Assembly: GCA_021774615.1 (NCBI GenBank)
Contig: JAJFIW010000030.1
Span: forward strand, 39,148 to 71,147
Direction: 5' to 3'
DNA length: 32,000 nt
Origin: Alphaproteobacteria bacterium
GTDB taxonomy: Bacteria; Pseudomonadota; Alphaproteobacteria; UBA1280; UBA6503
Shown: positions 7,681-16,161 of the stretch, piece after piece
Layout of the letters: every line of letters starts with the position of its first letter
How positions within the stretch are numbered: position 1 is the first letter of the stretch
Made by a program: the position numbers and the translations under genes
The notes under the pieces: generated by a model
What the model was told of the DNA's origin: nothing
Databases searched by the model: none
What the model saw: the letters and a program-made list of their open reading frames with translations, nothing else

Positions 7681-7710
7681 TATATTAATTTAAAATCTAC
7701 GCTTTTTATA

Positions 7711-7740
7711 AAAAGGCTGGCACTTGCCAGCCTTTTTTGT
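7711..7740 (+). terminator. intrinsic terminator after rplS
   Basis: Hairpin aaaaggctggca / tgccagcctttt followed by a T-run. Confidence 0.85.
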
Positions 7741-7804
7741 TTTTGCAAGATGTGATATTATAGTAATCTTGATATATATTTATAAATTAAAGAGAAATTG
7801 ATAT

Positions 7805-8473
7805 ATGGCAGAAAAACTTCCTATTTTCCCTATGGAAATGGTGCTTTTACCTGGGACGCAAGTTATGCTGAAGCTACTAGAGTCGCAACATAAGAAGCTA
7901 GTTGATGACTGCGTACGTGATGCTATACCTTTTGGTGTTATTTATTGTAGCGATAGCGACCACCCACTTGCGACAATGTCTATGATTGGTTGTTTAGCAA
8001 ACATTATCGAGGTTACACCTTTTGAGGATGGCTCTTATACCGCTCGTGTTGAGGGTGGGGAACGGTTTATTGCTAAATCTGTTAGTTTATCAAAACATAG
8101 CTACTATGATGCCGAGTACGAGCCATTACCAGAAGATATGGATATGTCATTAGATGACAGCTTGTTTGAATCCATAATACATTTACTAGATATTTATTTA
8201 GAGCTACTAGAAGCAATTGACCCTGACTTAGTCGAAGATTTACCCGACGATTTATCTGGATATGATTTAACATTCACTGTTCTTGACCATATGGCAGTAG
8301 GAGATGCTGTTCGGCAAAAAGGGCTTGAGATAAACTCGTTAAAAGAGCGCGCACACTTTTGTTTGCAGCTACTGCGCCAAGAGATAGAACGCCTTAGATT
8401 TCTTCTTTCAGAGTCTGGTGAAGATGACGATGAAGATGAAGATGGCTTCTCGATGCCGCAACGGATGAACTAA
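7805..8473 (+). CDS. LON N-terminal (substrate-binding) domain protein with acidic tail
   Basis: LPIFPMEMVLLPGTQVMLKLLESQHKKLVDDC matches the LPxFPL..v.lPg..l.L.iFE.RY..m pattern of stand-alone Lon-N domain proteins. The C-terminus is EDDDEDEDG. Confidence 0.7.
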   Translation: MAEKLPIFPMEMVLLPGTQVMLKLLESQHKKLVDDCVRDAIPFGVIYCSDSDHPLATMSMIGCLANIIEVTPFEDGSYTARVEGGERFIAKSVSLSKHSYYDAEYEPLPEDMDMSLDDSLFESIIHLLDIYLELLEAIDPDLVEDLPDDLSGYDLTFTVLDHMAVGDAVRQKGLEINSLKERAHFCLQLLRQEIERLRFLLSESGEDDDEDEDGFSMPQRMN

Positions 8474-8475
8474 TA

Positions 8476-9216
8476 ATGATGGCGATGAAGAAACAATTTT
8501 CTTCCCCCGAGCAAGCGCAAGCTGTTCGGGTTTTGCTTGATGATTTGCAACGGTTTGGTTATACCGACAGCATTGGTACAGATGCTTTTGGTGTTTTAGT
8601 AACCCCAGTGGTTCCTACTGTTAAGCCTATTTCACCTGCTCCAGTAAAGCGAACAGTAGATGAAAGTTTTAAAATTAAAGCACCAACCCATAAGAATAAA
8701 GCAGCTAAAGCTGCATCTGAATTTGATGCAGAACAGTTTATTAGCACTCGTGAGGGCGAACTTGGGTTTACAGTTATTTTAACAACTGACGATGCTGATA
8801 ATTTATTTAAAGAAGATGAATATGCATTATGGCGGCGAATGCTTGCAGCTATTAATTTACCACTAGATAAAGAGCCTTCTTACCTTATAATTAGTGGAGA
8901 GGCTGCACTTGACAAGCCTTTGCCAGATGATGATGAAGAATTATTAAGCAAGGCTGTACAAAAGCATTTAATGCAGCAAAGAGGCCTCCCAGCCTTTGTT
9001 TTAGGGATGAGAGCATTGCAAATATTGTCGGGTGGTTATGCTACTCCGGCAACAGTACGCCGGCAAGAATATAGGTTTGAACAAGAAAAGGGTTGTTTTT
9101 TACCCCTAGCGACCACATATCATGTGCACACGTTACTACGCCAACCACTTTTAAAGCGGCAAGCGTGGTCAGATTTACTACAGTTAGAGTCAATGTTGAC
9201 GAAAGGTGATAGTTAA
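8476..9216 (+). CDS. uracil-DNA glycosylase superfamily-like protein, probably catalytically degenerate
   Basis: The C-terminal half (..WRRMLAAINLPLDK.., ..PLATTYHVHTLLRQPLLKRQAWSDL) follows the family-4 UDG fold pattern (HPa.lLR.P..K..aW.DL). The GEAPG-type motif is replaced by TTDDAD. I cannot recognise the N-terminal ~100 aa. Confidence 0.5.
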   Translation: MMAMKKQFSSPEQAQAVRVLLDDLQRFGYTDSIGTDAFGVLVTPVVPTVKPISPAPVKRTVDESFKIKAPTHKNKAAKAASEFDAEQFISTREGELGFTVILTTDDADNLFKEDEYALWRRMLAAINLPLDKEPSYLIISGEAALDKPLPDDDEELLSKAVQKHLMQQRGLPAFVLGMRALQILSGGYATPATVRRQEYRFEQEKGCFLPLATTYHVHTLLRQPLLKRQAWSDLLQLESMLTKGDS

Positions 9217-9217
9217 A

Positions 9218-11002
9218 ATGTTAGCAAAATTAAGTAGCTTTACATTATGTAGATATATATTAGTGGCTGCTATTGCGCTGTTTGCGCCAATAACCGCTTC
9301 TGCTACAGATAATCGCGAGGTTGCCACTGGCGTTCCTGCAATATTATCTGACAATGATGTTAAAATTTATAAAAAGCTTTTTACATTACAGCGTAGCTTA
9401 AAGCGCGATGATGTTGTTGCTTTAATCCCTAAGCTTGACGATAAAAAAGTTTTAATGGGTCATTTGGTTGCTGAGAGAATTTTGCACCCAAAAACTAAAG
9501 CACCTTATGTAGATATGCAAAATTGGTTACGTAAATACCATGACCATGCCCAAGCGCGTACTATCTATAAAATTGCAAATAGCCGCCGTGTTGCTGGTAA
9601 TAAACACCGCCGTCCTAGTACTGGCTCTACAGCTAGTATTGCACAATACTCAGACCCCGACTATGAGCTTAAACAGTCTAAAAAATCTGGTAAACAAGTA
9701 CGCAAAACCAAAGCTCGTTCACAGAAATTAAGACAGTTAAAAAGCTTCCGTATCAATAAAAAATACGATGCAGCCATTACGCAATTATCTAAGAGAAGCA
9801 CCAAAAAATTATTGGGCGAGGACACCTATAATCAGGTTTCTCTACGCCTTGCGCAACAAATGCTTAACGATGGTAAGTTTGCAAAGGCTTCTCAACTAGC
9901 AGAAGACATCTTTAAACAAAGCAGCCGCCCTCAACCAGATGCTTTATGGATTAGCGCTTTTTCAGCCTATCAAAAGAAAGACCTAGAAAAAGCAGCAAGT
10001 ACATTTAGACAAATGGCATATTTAGTGCCACCACAAAGCACTCAGTACGCTCGTGCATCATTCTGGGCAGCAAAGTCATACGAAGAGCTTGGCCGCAGGT
10101 CTATGGCTAGAGTATTCTACAATATGGCAGTGCAACAGCCATCATCATTTTACGGCATGTTAGCTCAAGAAAGTTTAGGCCGTTCATTATTGTTTAGATG
10201 GGACACCCCAACTATTAACCCAGCACATAAGAAAACTTTGCTTAAAGATGCGGGCATTCGCCGTGTTATTGCTTTAGTGCAAATTGGCGAACACAAACTA
10301 GCCCAACGAGAAATGAAAGCATCATACAGCCGTATTCCTTATGGTCTTGATGAAAGCCTTCTAGCAATGGCAATTGCACTGAAGCTTCCATCGGTTTCAC
10401 TAACTCTTGCAAAAAATCTTAAAGAGCGAGGTCAAATTTATTTGACTGGTCTTTACCCTCGTCCACAGTGGGAGCCTGTAGGTGGTTTTAAGGTCGATAA
10501 AGCTTTGTTATACTCTATAATTCGCCAAGAAAGTGGCTTTGTCCCTAAAATTAAATCCCATGCAGATGCCCGTGGTTTAATGCAAATAATGCCACGGACT
10601 GCAAAGCACATTAGGGATGTCCAAAAACGTGCGCGTATTCCTGCAAATAAATTATACGACCCTAATGTTAACATGATGCTAGGGCAAGATTACTTAATGT
10701 ACCTAGATAATAAATTGTCAGGAAATTTAGTGCAAATGATAGCTGCATATAATGCAGGGCCAGGTAATGTATCTAAATGGCGCAGAAATGGCCTTGTAGG
10801 TAAAGACCCACTCTTATTCATTGAACGTATCCCTTTTGAGGAAACTCGTAAATATGTAATGGCTGTATTGTCGAACCTTTGGGTTTACCGTCACTATTAC
10901 TATGGTGAGGCGCCGACAATGGCACTAGTAACCAAAGGTATGTGGCCAGAACGAGCAAAAGCATATGCTCAGCTTAAAGACAAAACTCGTTCAGGTTTGT
11001 AG
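9218..11002 (+). CDS. slt: soluble lytic murein transglycosylase (Slt family)
   Basis: The SLT catalytic region is LLYSIIRQESGFVPKIKSHADARGLMQIMPRTA ... AAYNAGPGNV. It has a signal peptide MLAKLSS..APITASA and a helical superhelix-like N-domain. ATG 9218 is preferred over GTG 9206. Confidence 0.85.
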   Translation: MLAKLSSFTLCRYILVAAIALFAPITASATDNREVATGVPAILSDNDVKIYKKLFTLQRSLKRDDVVALIPKLDDKKVLMGHLVAERILHPKTKAPYVDMQNWLRKYHDHAQARTIYKIANSRRVAGNKHRRPSTGSTASIAQYSDPDYELKQSKKSGKQVRKTKARSQKLRQLKSFRINKKYDAAITQLSKRSTKKLLGEDTYNQVSLRLAQQMLNDGKFAKASQLAEDIFKQSSRPQPDALWISAFSAYQKKDLEKAASTFRQMAYLVPPQSTQYARASFWAAKSYEELGRRSMARVFYNMAVQQPSSFYGMLAQESLGRSLLFRWDTPTINPAHKKTLLKDAGIRRVIALVQIGEHKLAQREMKASYSRIPYGLDESLLAMAIALKLPSVSLTLAKNLKERGQIYLTGLYPRPQWEPVGGFKVDKALLYSIIRQESGFVPKIKSHADARGLMQIMPRTAKHIRDVQKRARIPANKLYDPNVNMMLGQDYLMYLDNKLSGNLVQMIAAYNAGPGNVSKWRRNGLVGKDPLLFIERIPFEETRKYVMAVLSNLWVYRHYYYGEAPTMALVTKGMWPERAKAYAQLKDKTRSGL

Positions 11003-11004
11003 AG

Positions 11005-11613
11005 GTGGTAGAATCTGTTCTTGATTTCTCCCACGAGAAATCAATAAAAGCACAAGGTTATAGTATAATTGCTGGAATTGATGAAGTAGGTAGAGGGCCT
11101 CTTGCGGGGCCCGTTACTGCATGTGCGGTGGTATTGAAGAATGCAGAACCACTTTTAACAGTGCGTGACTCAAAACAACTCTCGGCCAAAAAGCGAGAGG
11201 CTCTTTACAGTATAATTTTCGATAATGCTTATGTTGGTATTGGCCATGCATCTGTCGCTGAGATTGACCACATAAATATTCTCCAAGCGACTTTCCTTGC
11301 AATGCGTCGCGCAGTTGCAAACCTACCCATGCAGCCCGACTATGTGCTAGTAGATGGCAACAAGCAGCCTTTAGAATGTAAAGGAGAGTGCGTTATTAAA
11401 GGGGATAGTAAAGTATTGTCAATAGCAGCGGCTTCTATTATTGCTAAAGTAACTCGTGACCGCATTATGGCAGAGCTAGCAAACCAATACCCTGGCTTTG
11501 GCTGGGAGAGTAATGCAGGCTATGGGGCTAAAAGACATATGGATGCTCTACAAAATATTGGCGTAACCCCACATCATCGCCGTAGTTTTGCACCTGTTGC
11601 TAAATTACTATAA
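11005..11613 (+). CDS. rnhB: ribonuclease HII
   Basis: Motifs IAGIDEVGRGPLAGPV, VDGN, DSK..SIAAASIIAKV.RD and GYG. GTG start. Confidence 0.95.
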   Translation: MVESVLDFSHEKSIKAQGYSIIAGIDEVGRGPLAGPVTACAVVLKNAEPLLTVRDSKQLSAKKREALYSIIFDNAYVGIGHASVAEIDHINILQATFLAMRRAVANLPMQPDYVLVDGNKQPLECKGECVIKGDSKVLSIAAASIIAKVTRDRIMAELANQYPGFGWESNAGYGAKRHMDALQNIGVTPHHRRSFAPVAKLL

Positions 11614-11741
11614 GATAATAGCTGTATTCTTTAGATGCTTGTTGAGATCATAATAAATATATATAATATATTTGAGACTATGCAGGTCTTAAATTAAGTT
11701 ACTATAACAAGTAGCTATAATAACCAATAGGCTAGGTTTTA

Positions 11742-12185
11742 ATGCGGACACTAGGTCGTACATTACATAAAATTATAAAACCACTGGCGTTTCGCCAAGG
11801 TTTTACTGACGCCCGTGTGCTAAGCCATTGGCGTAATATTGTGGGTGCACAACTAGCGCAACAAGCACAACCTCGGCAACTAAAAAATGGTGTGTTGAGT
11901 GTAGCTGTTAGTAGTGGTGCAATTGGTATGCAAATCCAACACCAGTCTGTCCAGCTTATCGAGCGAATTAACAGCCACTTTGGTTTTGCCGCAGTTAAGA
12001 CAATTCGCCCTATTCAAACATATTTTGAGATTGAAGCCGCAGAGCCAGCAAAAGCTATTGTCCCCGATAATGGCGCAAAAGTACGGGCTGCAGCACAAGT
12101 TGAAGGTGTCAAAGATGATAATCTGCGCGATGCTCTAGAACGCCTTGGCGCACAAATAGAAACACGACACAGCAAACCTGTGTAA
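11742..12185 (+). CDS. DUF721 / DciA-like protein
   Basis: ..LSHWRNIVGAQLAQQAQPRQLKNGVLSVAVSSGAIGMQIQHQSVQLIERINSHFG.. follows the DUF721 pattern (W..ivG..la.h..P..l..g.L.v.v.s.a.a.el.h). Confidence 0.7.
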   Translation: MRTLGRTLHKIIKPLAFRQGFTDARVLSHWRNIVGAQLAQQAQPRQLKNGVLSVAVSSGAIGMQIQHQSVQLIERINSHFGFAAVKTIRPIQTYFEIEAAEPAKAIVPDNGAKVRAAAQVEGVKDDNLRDALERLGAQIETRHSKPV

Positions 12186-12212
12186 TAAGCAATCCCTGAG
12201 GAGAGAATAAGT

Positions 12213-12860
12213 ATGACTTCAACAGTATTTAAATTTAGTAGTATATTTTTAGTTGCTATTGCACTTGTGGCAGGCTGGGGCCTAGTAGCACATACTGCTG
12301 ACGAAACTAACCCACTAACAATAACAGCTGACGATGTTGTTATTGGCGATGAAAATGCCTCAATTACGATGATTGAGTATGCATCTATGACATGTGGGCA
12401 TTGTGCTAATTTCCATAAAGAAACATTCCCTGAGATAAAGAAAAACTATATCGATACTGGTAAAATACGTTTTGTTCTAAGAGATATGCCTTGGGACCCA
12501 TTAGCGATGGCGGTATCTAAAATTGCACGTTGTGCACCACCAGAACAATTTTATGCTTTTTCATCAGCATTTTTTGATACCCAAAAAGTTTGGTCAAAGT
12601 CATCTGACCCTATCACCGAACTAAAAAAAGTAGCTCGTCTTGGCGGTATGGATGGTACAACCGTTGAAAGCTGCCTTAATAATACAGACCTACACACAAA
12701 GGTTATGGAAAGTCGCCGTATTGGTATGGAGGTTTTAAAAGTAAACTCTACACCTAGTTTTTATATTGGTTCTGAAGTAGTTGTTCAAGGCGGTTTGCCT
12801 TATGCTGAAATCTCAAAACAAATAGACAAGGCGCTAGCAATTGCAGCAAAACAAAACTAA
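12213..12860 (+). CDS. DsbA-family thiol:disulfide oxidoreductase (membrane-anchored or secreted)
   Basis: It has an N-terminal hydrophobic anchor, the CGHC active site (MTCGHCANFH) and the thioredoxin-fold motif TPSFYIG. Confidence 0.85.
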   Translation: MTSTVFKFSSIFLVAIALVAGWGLVAHTADETNPLTITADDVVIGDENASITMIEYASMTCGHCANFHKETFPEIKKNYIDTGKIRFVLRDMPWDPLAMAVSKIARCAPPEQFYAFSSAFFDTQKVWSKSSDPITELKKVARLGGMDGTTVESCLNNTDLHTKVMESRRIGMEVLKVNSTPSFYIGSEVVVQGGLPYAEISKQIDKALAIAAKQN

Positions 12861-13089
12861 CCCCAAAACTAAGGGAGATAAGCCTAAAGCCGATGGCTTA
12901 GGGTCAGGTTATGCGGTTGGCCTTAATTTAATGTCGAGCGTGGTGGTAGGGGCTGCACTAGGCTATGGGCTAGACAGTTTATTTGGCACTAAACCATGGT
13001 TGTTATTGCTATTCCTTATTCTAGGTGTTGCTGCTGGCTTTAGAAGCATTTGGCAATACATGGTAGAGATGGATAAGAAAAAAGACTAG
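12841..13089 (+). CDS. atpI: AtpZ/AtpI-type ATP synthase protein I
   Basis: Small 2-TM protein GLNLMSSVVVGAALGYGLDSLFGTKPWLLLLFLILGVAAGFRSIW, typical of AtpZ/AtpI. The start is uncertain: TTG 12841 overlaps the dsbA end by 20 nt. Confidence 0.6.
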   Translation: MQQNKTNPKTKGDKPKADGLGSGYAVGLNLMSSVVVGAALGYGLDSLFGTKPWLLLLFLILGVAAGFRSIWQYMVEMDKKKD

Positions 13090-13103
13090 GTATAATTAAA
13101 AAC

Positions 13104-13133
13104 AAAAATACCTCCTTAATAGGAGGTATTTTT
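13104..13133. terminator. bidirectional intrinsic terminator (atpI + / 58-aa ORF -)
   Basis: Perfect 13-bp stem aaaaatacctcct (13104-13116) / aggaggtattttt (13121-13133) with loop taat. Confidence 0.85.
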
Positions 13134-13147
13134 GTTTGTTCGATTGC

Positions 13148-13324
13148 TTAAAGCCCATTTATCCATTCTGCTAGTATGCACCCTAGTATTACTATAATAC
13201 CAATTGGAAATAGCACCGAGTTATTCTCTGCATAGCCTTTTGTTATTATCTCCCACATTGGCGACACTGATATTACCAATACGATTAATAAGGTAAACCC
13301 AATAATTTTTGATATTCTTGACAT
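13148..13324 (-). CDS. 58-aa two-TM protein, truncated paralog of the N-terminus of the 277-aa protein
   Basis: This ORF is below the length cutoff of the track: ATG 13324 to TAA 13148 (MSRISKIIGFTLLIVLVISVSPMWEIITKGYAENNSVLFPIGIIVILGCILAEWINGL). SD AGGA lies 8 nt upstream. It shares the ..KGYA.. segment and a homologous promoter/5'UTR with the gene at 13488-14321. Confidence 0.5.
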   Translation of the reverse strand: MSRISKIIGFTLLIVLVISVSPMWEIITKGYAENNSVLFPIGIIVILGCILAEWINGL

Positions 13325-13371
13325 GATATGTTCCTGAAAGGGAAAGAAAAATAAGAAATATTACAGCAGGC

Positions 13372-13400
13372 ATTATGAGGAGGTATATACCAACATTCAA
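13372..13400 (-). promoter_or_regulatory. sigma-70-type promoter (copy A) for the 58-aa ORF
   Basis: On the minus strand: TTGAAT (13400-13395), 17-nt spacer, CATAAT (13377-13372). The positions are conserved with copy B within a duplicated ~85-nt segment. Confidence 0.55.
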
Positions 13401-13440
13401 GTAGTTTTGATATTAAAAGCTAAAGTTCTACCCGTAAACA

Positions 13441-13473
13441 AAAAACACCCCCAGATTAATGGGGGCGTTTTTT
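13441..13473 (-). terminator. intrinsic terminator of the 277-aa gene
   Basis: Hairpin caccccc..gggggcg flanked by A- and T-runs, 15 nt downstream of the stop at 13488. Its left arm plus flank is identical over 19 nt to the terminator at 1442-1460. Confidence 0.75.
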
Positions 13474-13487
13474 GTTTTTAGCAACGG

Positions 13488-14321
13488 TTAAGCTTCTAGA
13501 ATCGTAATGGTAGGTTTACGGTTATAATTTTTCTCGGCAATAAGATCTTTTGCTTTTAGCTCAATATAGCGAAGGAAATTATGTGTATCGTCATTAGGGT
13601 TTCTTTTGCCTTCTGAATCAAAAACAAATATGTCATGCACAGATTGGCGAAGTGCTTCTTCTAATAATGACCCATAATCCACGCTGGCTGCTAACTTATG
13701 CAGATCGACTATTATGGTCTGATCTGTCCAGTAGTACCTAGTGTTGAATGCTAAGTTAATATCATCAAAGCTGCTTTCGACCCTAGCTTTATGGACACCA
13801 CCATAGCCATCTTTGTATATCAGGAGTACTTTGCCATCCTCATCAGTTTTTTCTGTGCGTATTGAATGGCTAGTTTCGCCTACAGTACCACTAAAGAAGA
13901 AAACATGCTTATTTGTTATAAACGACCTTAACCAAGATGGAACACAGAGTGTGTCTCCAAATAGTATAGAAAAATTCTCTTTTTCTTTGTCGTATATTGC
14001 CACCCTTTCGCCAGCTTTAAGCTTGGTTAGCGGTAGCCAAATAAATATGGATATTACAACACCTAATAACGTAGATGTTATTGCAATTACTGAATTTTCT
14101 AGGTTTATAGTTGCCACTTTTGTTGCAAAATCTATCACAGATAGCATATATAATAGATGCACAATAAATAAGCCTATCAAAAGAAGTAATAAGCATCCTG
14201 TGGCTCCAAAGAACACATAGTTAATCATGTTCTCACGTGTAGCATAGCCCTTATTTACAAGGGGTATAAACGGCAACAGGGAAAGAATAAGCGTAATTAC
14301 TGCAAATATATAAATAGTCAT
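13488..14321 (-). CDS. hypothetical membrane protein (3 N-terminal TM helices plus ~180-aa soluble domain), antisense between atpI and atpB
   Basis: 277-aa ORF with its own promoter and terminator. I cannot assign a family. The soluble part begins LKAGERVAIYDKEKENF... Confidence 0.65.
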   Translation of the reverse strand: MTIYIFAVITLILSLLPFIPLVNKGYATRENMINYVFFGATGCLLLLLIGLFIVHLLYMLSVIDFATKVATINLENSVIAITSTLLGVVISIFIWLPLTKLKAGERVAIYDKEKENFSILFGDTLCVPSWLRSFITNKHVFFFSGTVGETSHSIRTEKTDEDGKVLLIYKDGYGGVHKARVESSFDDINLAFNTRYYWTDQTIIVDLHKLAASVDYGSLLEEALRQSVHDIFVFDSEGKRNPNDDTHNFLRYIELKAKDLIAEKNYNRKPTITILEA

Positions 14322-14375
14322 AGTCGTGACCTTTAATAAAAAGAGAAAAGGAAAATAAGGAATATTACAGTAAGT

Positions 14376-14404
14376 GTTATGGATATTGTGCTGCTTTTTG
14401 TCAA
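14376..14404 (-). promoter_or_regulatory. sigma-70-type promoter (copy B) for the 277-aa gene
   Basis: On the minus strand: TTGACA (14404-14399), 17-nt spacer, CATAAC (14381-14376). This leaves ~48 nt of 5'UTR before ATG 14321. Confidence 0.6.
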
Positions 14405-14489
14405 GTAGCCATATATATAAATAGTAAATCGCTATAAGTTACTAAAAATAGCAGTAAATTTTCATATATTCTTGACCTAGCAGCACAAT
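14385..14489. repeat. imperfect inverted repeat spanning the divergent promoter region
   Basis: The left arm is attgtgctgctttttgtcaag (14385-14405) and the right arm is cttgacctagcagcacaat (14471-14489). An 11-nt core is perfectly complementary, and each arm also carries the TTGAC -35 element. Confidence 0.7.
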
Positions 14490-14502
14490 TCGGGTTTATT
14501 AT
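14472..14502 (+). promoter_or_regulatory. possible promoter for atpB-atpE-atpF
   Basis: TTGACC (14472-14477) is followed by AT-rich -10 candidates: TTTATT at a 17-nt spacer or TATTAT at a 19-nt spacer. The -10 assignment is ambiguous. Confidence 0.35.
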
Positions 14503-14543
14503 CCATATACTTTATGAAGGCAAAAAAATAAAGGGTAAAATAA

Positions 14544-15293
14544 GTGGCAATTGATCCGCTTCATCAGTTTGAAATCAAGCAATTTGGTAGCTTTAATTTA
14601 GCAGGCGTCGAAATTGCTATTACTAACCAAGCTTTTTGGATTGTAGGCTCGACTCTATTTTTGTGCATTCTGCTTATTTTGGCGACACGCCAACGGGCAA
14701 TGGTACCAAATAAAATGCAAAATGTTCTGGAGATGACCTTTAGCTTTGTCGAGGACATGATAACCAGCACCAGCGGTAAAGCAGGCTTACGCTTTTTCCC
14801 ATTCGTATTTACACTTTTCACATTTATGGCTATTTCTAATTTAGCGGGGATGATACCAGGTTCATATGCCTCAACCTCGCAAATCACGGTAACTGGCGCA
14901 TTCGCATTGTTAGTATTTGCAATGGTTTGGGTTGTTGGTTTGCTTACACACGGTCTTAAATTCTTAACTTTATTTGTACCAGCTGGCGTACCCAAGCCAT
15001 TGCTAGTATTGCTTATTCCATTAGAGATTATATCTTTCTTTGCCCGTCCATTAACTTTGGCGGTGCGGTTGATGGCTAATATGTTAGCAGGGCATATTTT
15101 ACTTAAAGTTTTTGCAGGCTTCGCGATTATGATTATTGGTGCTTTGGGCACTGTAGGTCTGGTTGGTGCAGCTATTCCAGCGGTGTTCTTGGTGGCACTG
15201 TCGGGGTTAGAATTGTTCGTAGCGCTTATACAAGCATATATATTTTCGCTACTAACGTGTGTGTATTTTAATGATGCGTTGAATTTACATTAA
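14544..15293 (+). CDS. atpB: F0F1 ATP synthase subunit a
   Basis: 249 aa, polytopic, with the conserved LTLAVRLMANMLAGH segment (essential Arg). GTG start. Confidence 0.95.
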   Translation: MAIDPLHQFEIKQFGSFNLAGVEIAITNQAFWIVGSTLFLCILLILATRQRAMVPNKMQNVLEMTFSFVEDMITSTSGKAGLRFFPFVFTLFTFMAISNLAGMIPGSYASTSQITVTGAFALLVFAMVWVVGLLTHGLKFLTLFVPAGVPKPLLVLLIPLEIISFFARPLTLAVRLMANMLAGHILLKVFAGFAIMIIGALGTVGLVGAAIPAVFLVALSGLELFVALIQAYIFSLLTCVYFNDALNLH

Positions 15294-15368
15294 ATAAAAG
15301 TTATAAAGTGCTTATTAGGTACAAATTATTAATATAATAAACAAAACTAAAATGAAGGAATATCTTTT

Positions 15369-15605
15369 ATGGAAAACATGGATCTAAACATGCTTAAAGC
15401 AATTGGTGGCGGATTAGCTGCAATCGGTATGATTGGCTCAGGAATTGGTCTTGGTACTATTTTTGGTAAATATTTTGAAGCTGTTGCTCGTCAACCTGAA
15501 ATGGAATCATCTCTTCGTGGAATGTTGTTCCTAGGTATGGCTTTGGTTGAAGCGATTGCATTGTTTGCTTTCGTTATCGCTATTTTGATTCTGTTTGTTA
15601 TCTAA
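15369..15605 (+). CDS. atpE: F0F1 ATP synthase subunit c
   Basis: 78-aa hairpin protein with GxGxGxG (GSGIGLGTIFG), ARQPE loop and LVEAIALF (carboxylate Glu). Confidence 0.95.
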   Translation: MENMDLNMLKAIGGGLAAIGMIGSGIGLGTIFGKYFEAVARQPEMESSLRGMLFLGMALVEAIALFAFVIAILILFVI

Positions 15606-15630
15606 TAGCTAATTAATGAGGTAGTTAAAC

Positions 15631-16161
15631 ATGGCGACACCAACACTAGAAAATGTAAGTAGTGCACAAGAGCAATTATTTAATCTATCGATGGTTGAAT
15701 CAACATTGTTTTGGACAGGGCTTTCTTTCTTTGTTCTGTTAATGGTTGTGTGGCGCTATGTAACGCCTGTTCTTGGTGATGTTCTTGACCAACGTAAATC
15801 ACGTATTCAGGAAGATCTTGATAAAGCAGAACAAATGCGTACAGATGCTGAGAAGTCTCTAGCTGAATATAAAGAACAACTAAAGCTTGCTCGTAACGAA
15901 GCCCAAGAGATTGTTGCGCACGCAAAAAGTGAAGCTAGCAAAATAATTACTGCTAAAACTGCTGAGTTAGAGCGCGATATAGCCCGTCGCTCTGAAGAAG
16001 CGCAAATAAGCATTGAACAAGCCAAGGCAAAAGCAATGCGCGATGTGCGCCTCGAAATGGTTGATTTGGCAGTTGTAGCTGCTGAAAAAATTATGTCAGC
16101 AGAAGTTGATAAGAATAAAGCGTCTGAAATTACAGATGCTATGCTTAACGAAATTCATTAA
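15631..16161 (+). CDS. atpF: F0F1 ATP synthase subunit b (only one b-type gene present)
   Basis: 176 aa with a single N-terminal TM helix followed by a long charged helix (..RKSRIQEDLDKAEQMRTDAEKSLAEYKEQL..). It lies right after atpE. Confidence 0.85.
   Translation: MATPTLENVSSAQEQLFNLSMVESTLFWTGLSFFVLLMVVWRYVTPVLGDVLDQRKSRIQEDLDKAEQMRTDAEKSLAEYKEQLKLARNEAQEIVAHAKSEASKIITAKTAELERDIARRSEEAQISIEQAKAKAMRDVRLEMVDLAVVAAEKIMSAEVDKNKASEITDAMLNEIH

Noticed and set aside
9206-9217. GTG 9206 as the slt start, overlapping the UDG-like gene
   Set aside because: ATG 9218 is preceded by GAAAGGTGA at a suitable distance and begins a typical signal peptide. The four extra residues are not needed.
13488-14321. 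Possible SPFH/band-7 or bacterial PH (bPH) domain in the 277-aa protein (LKAGERVAIY...)
   Set aside because: The resemblance is limited to a short GE-containing entry motif after the TM region. I cannot align the rest from memory, so I left it as hypothetical.
14564-15151. 195-aa ORF antisense to atpB
   Set aside because: It is a shadow ORF of a confidently called polytopic membrane gene, with Lys/Asn/Ile-rich nonsense composition.
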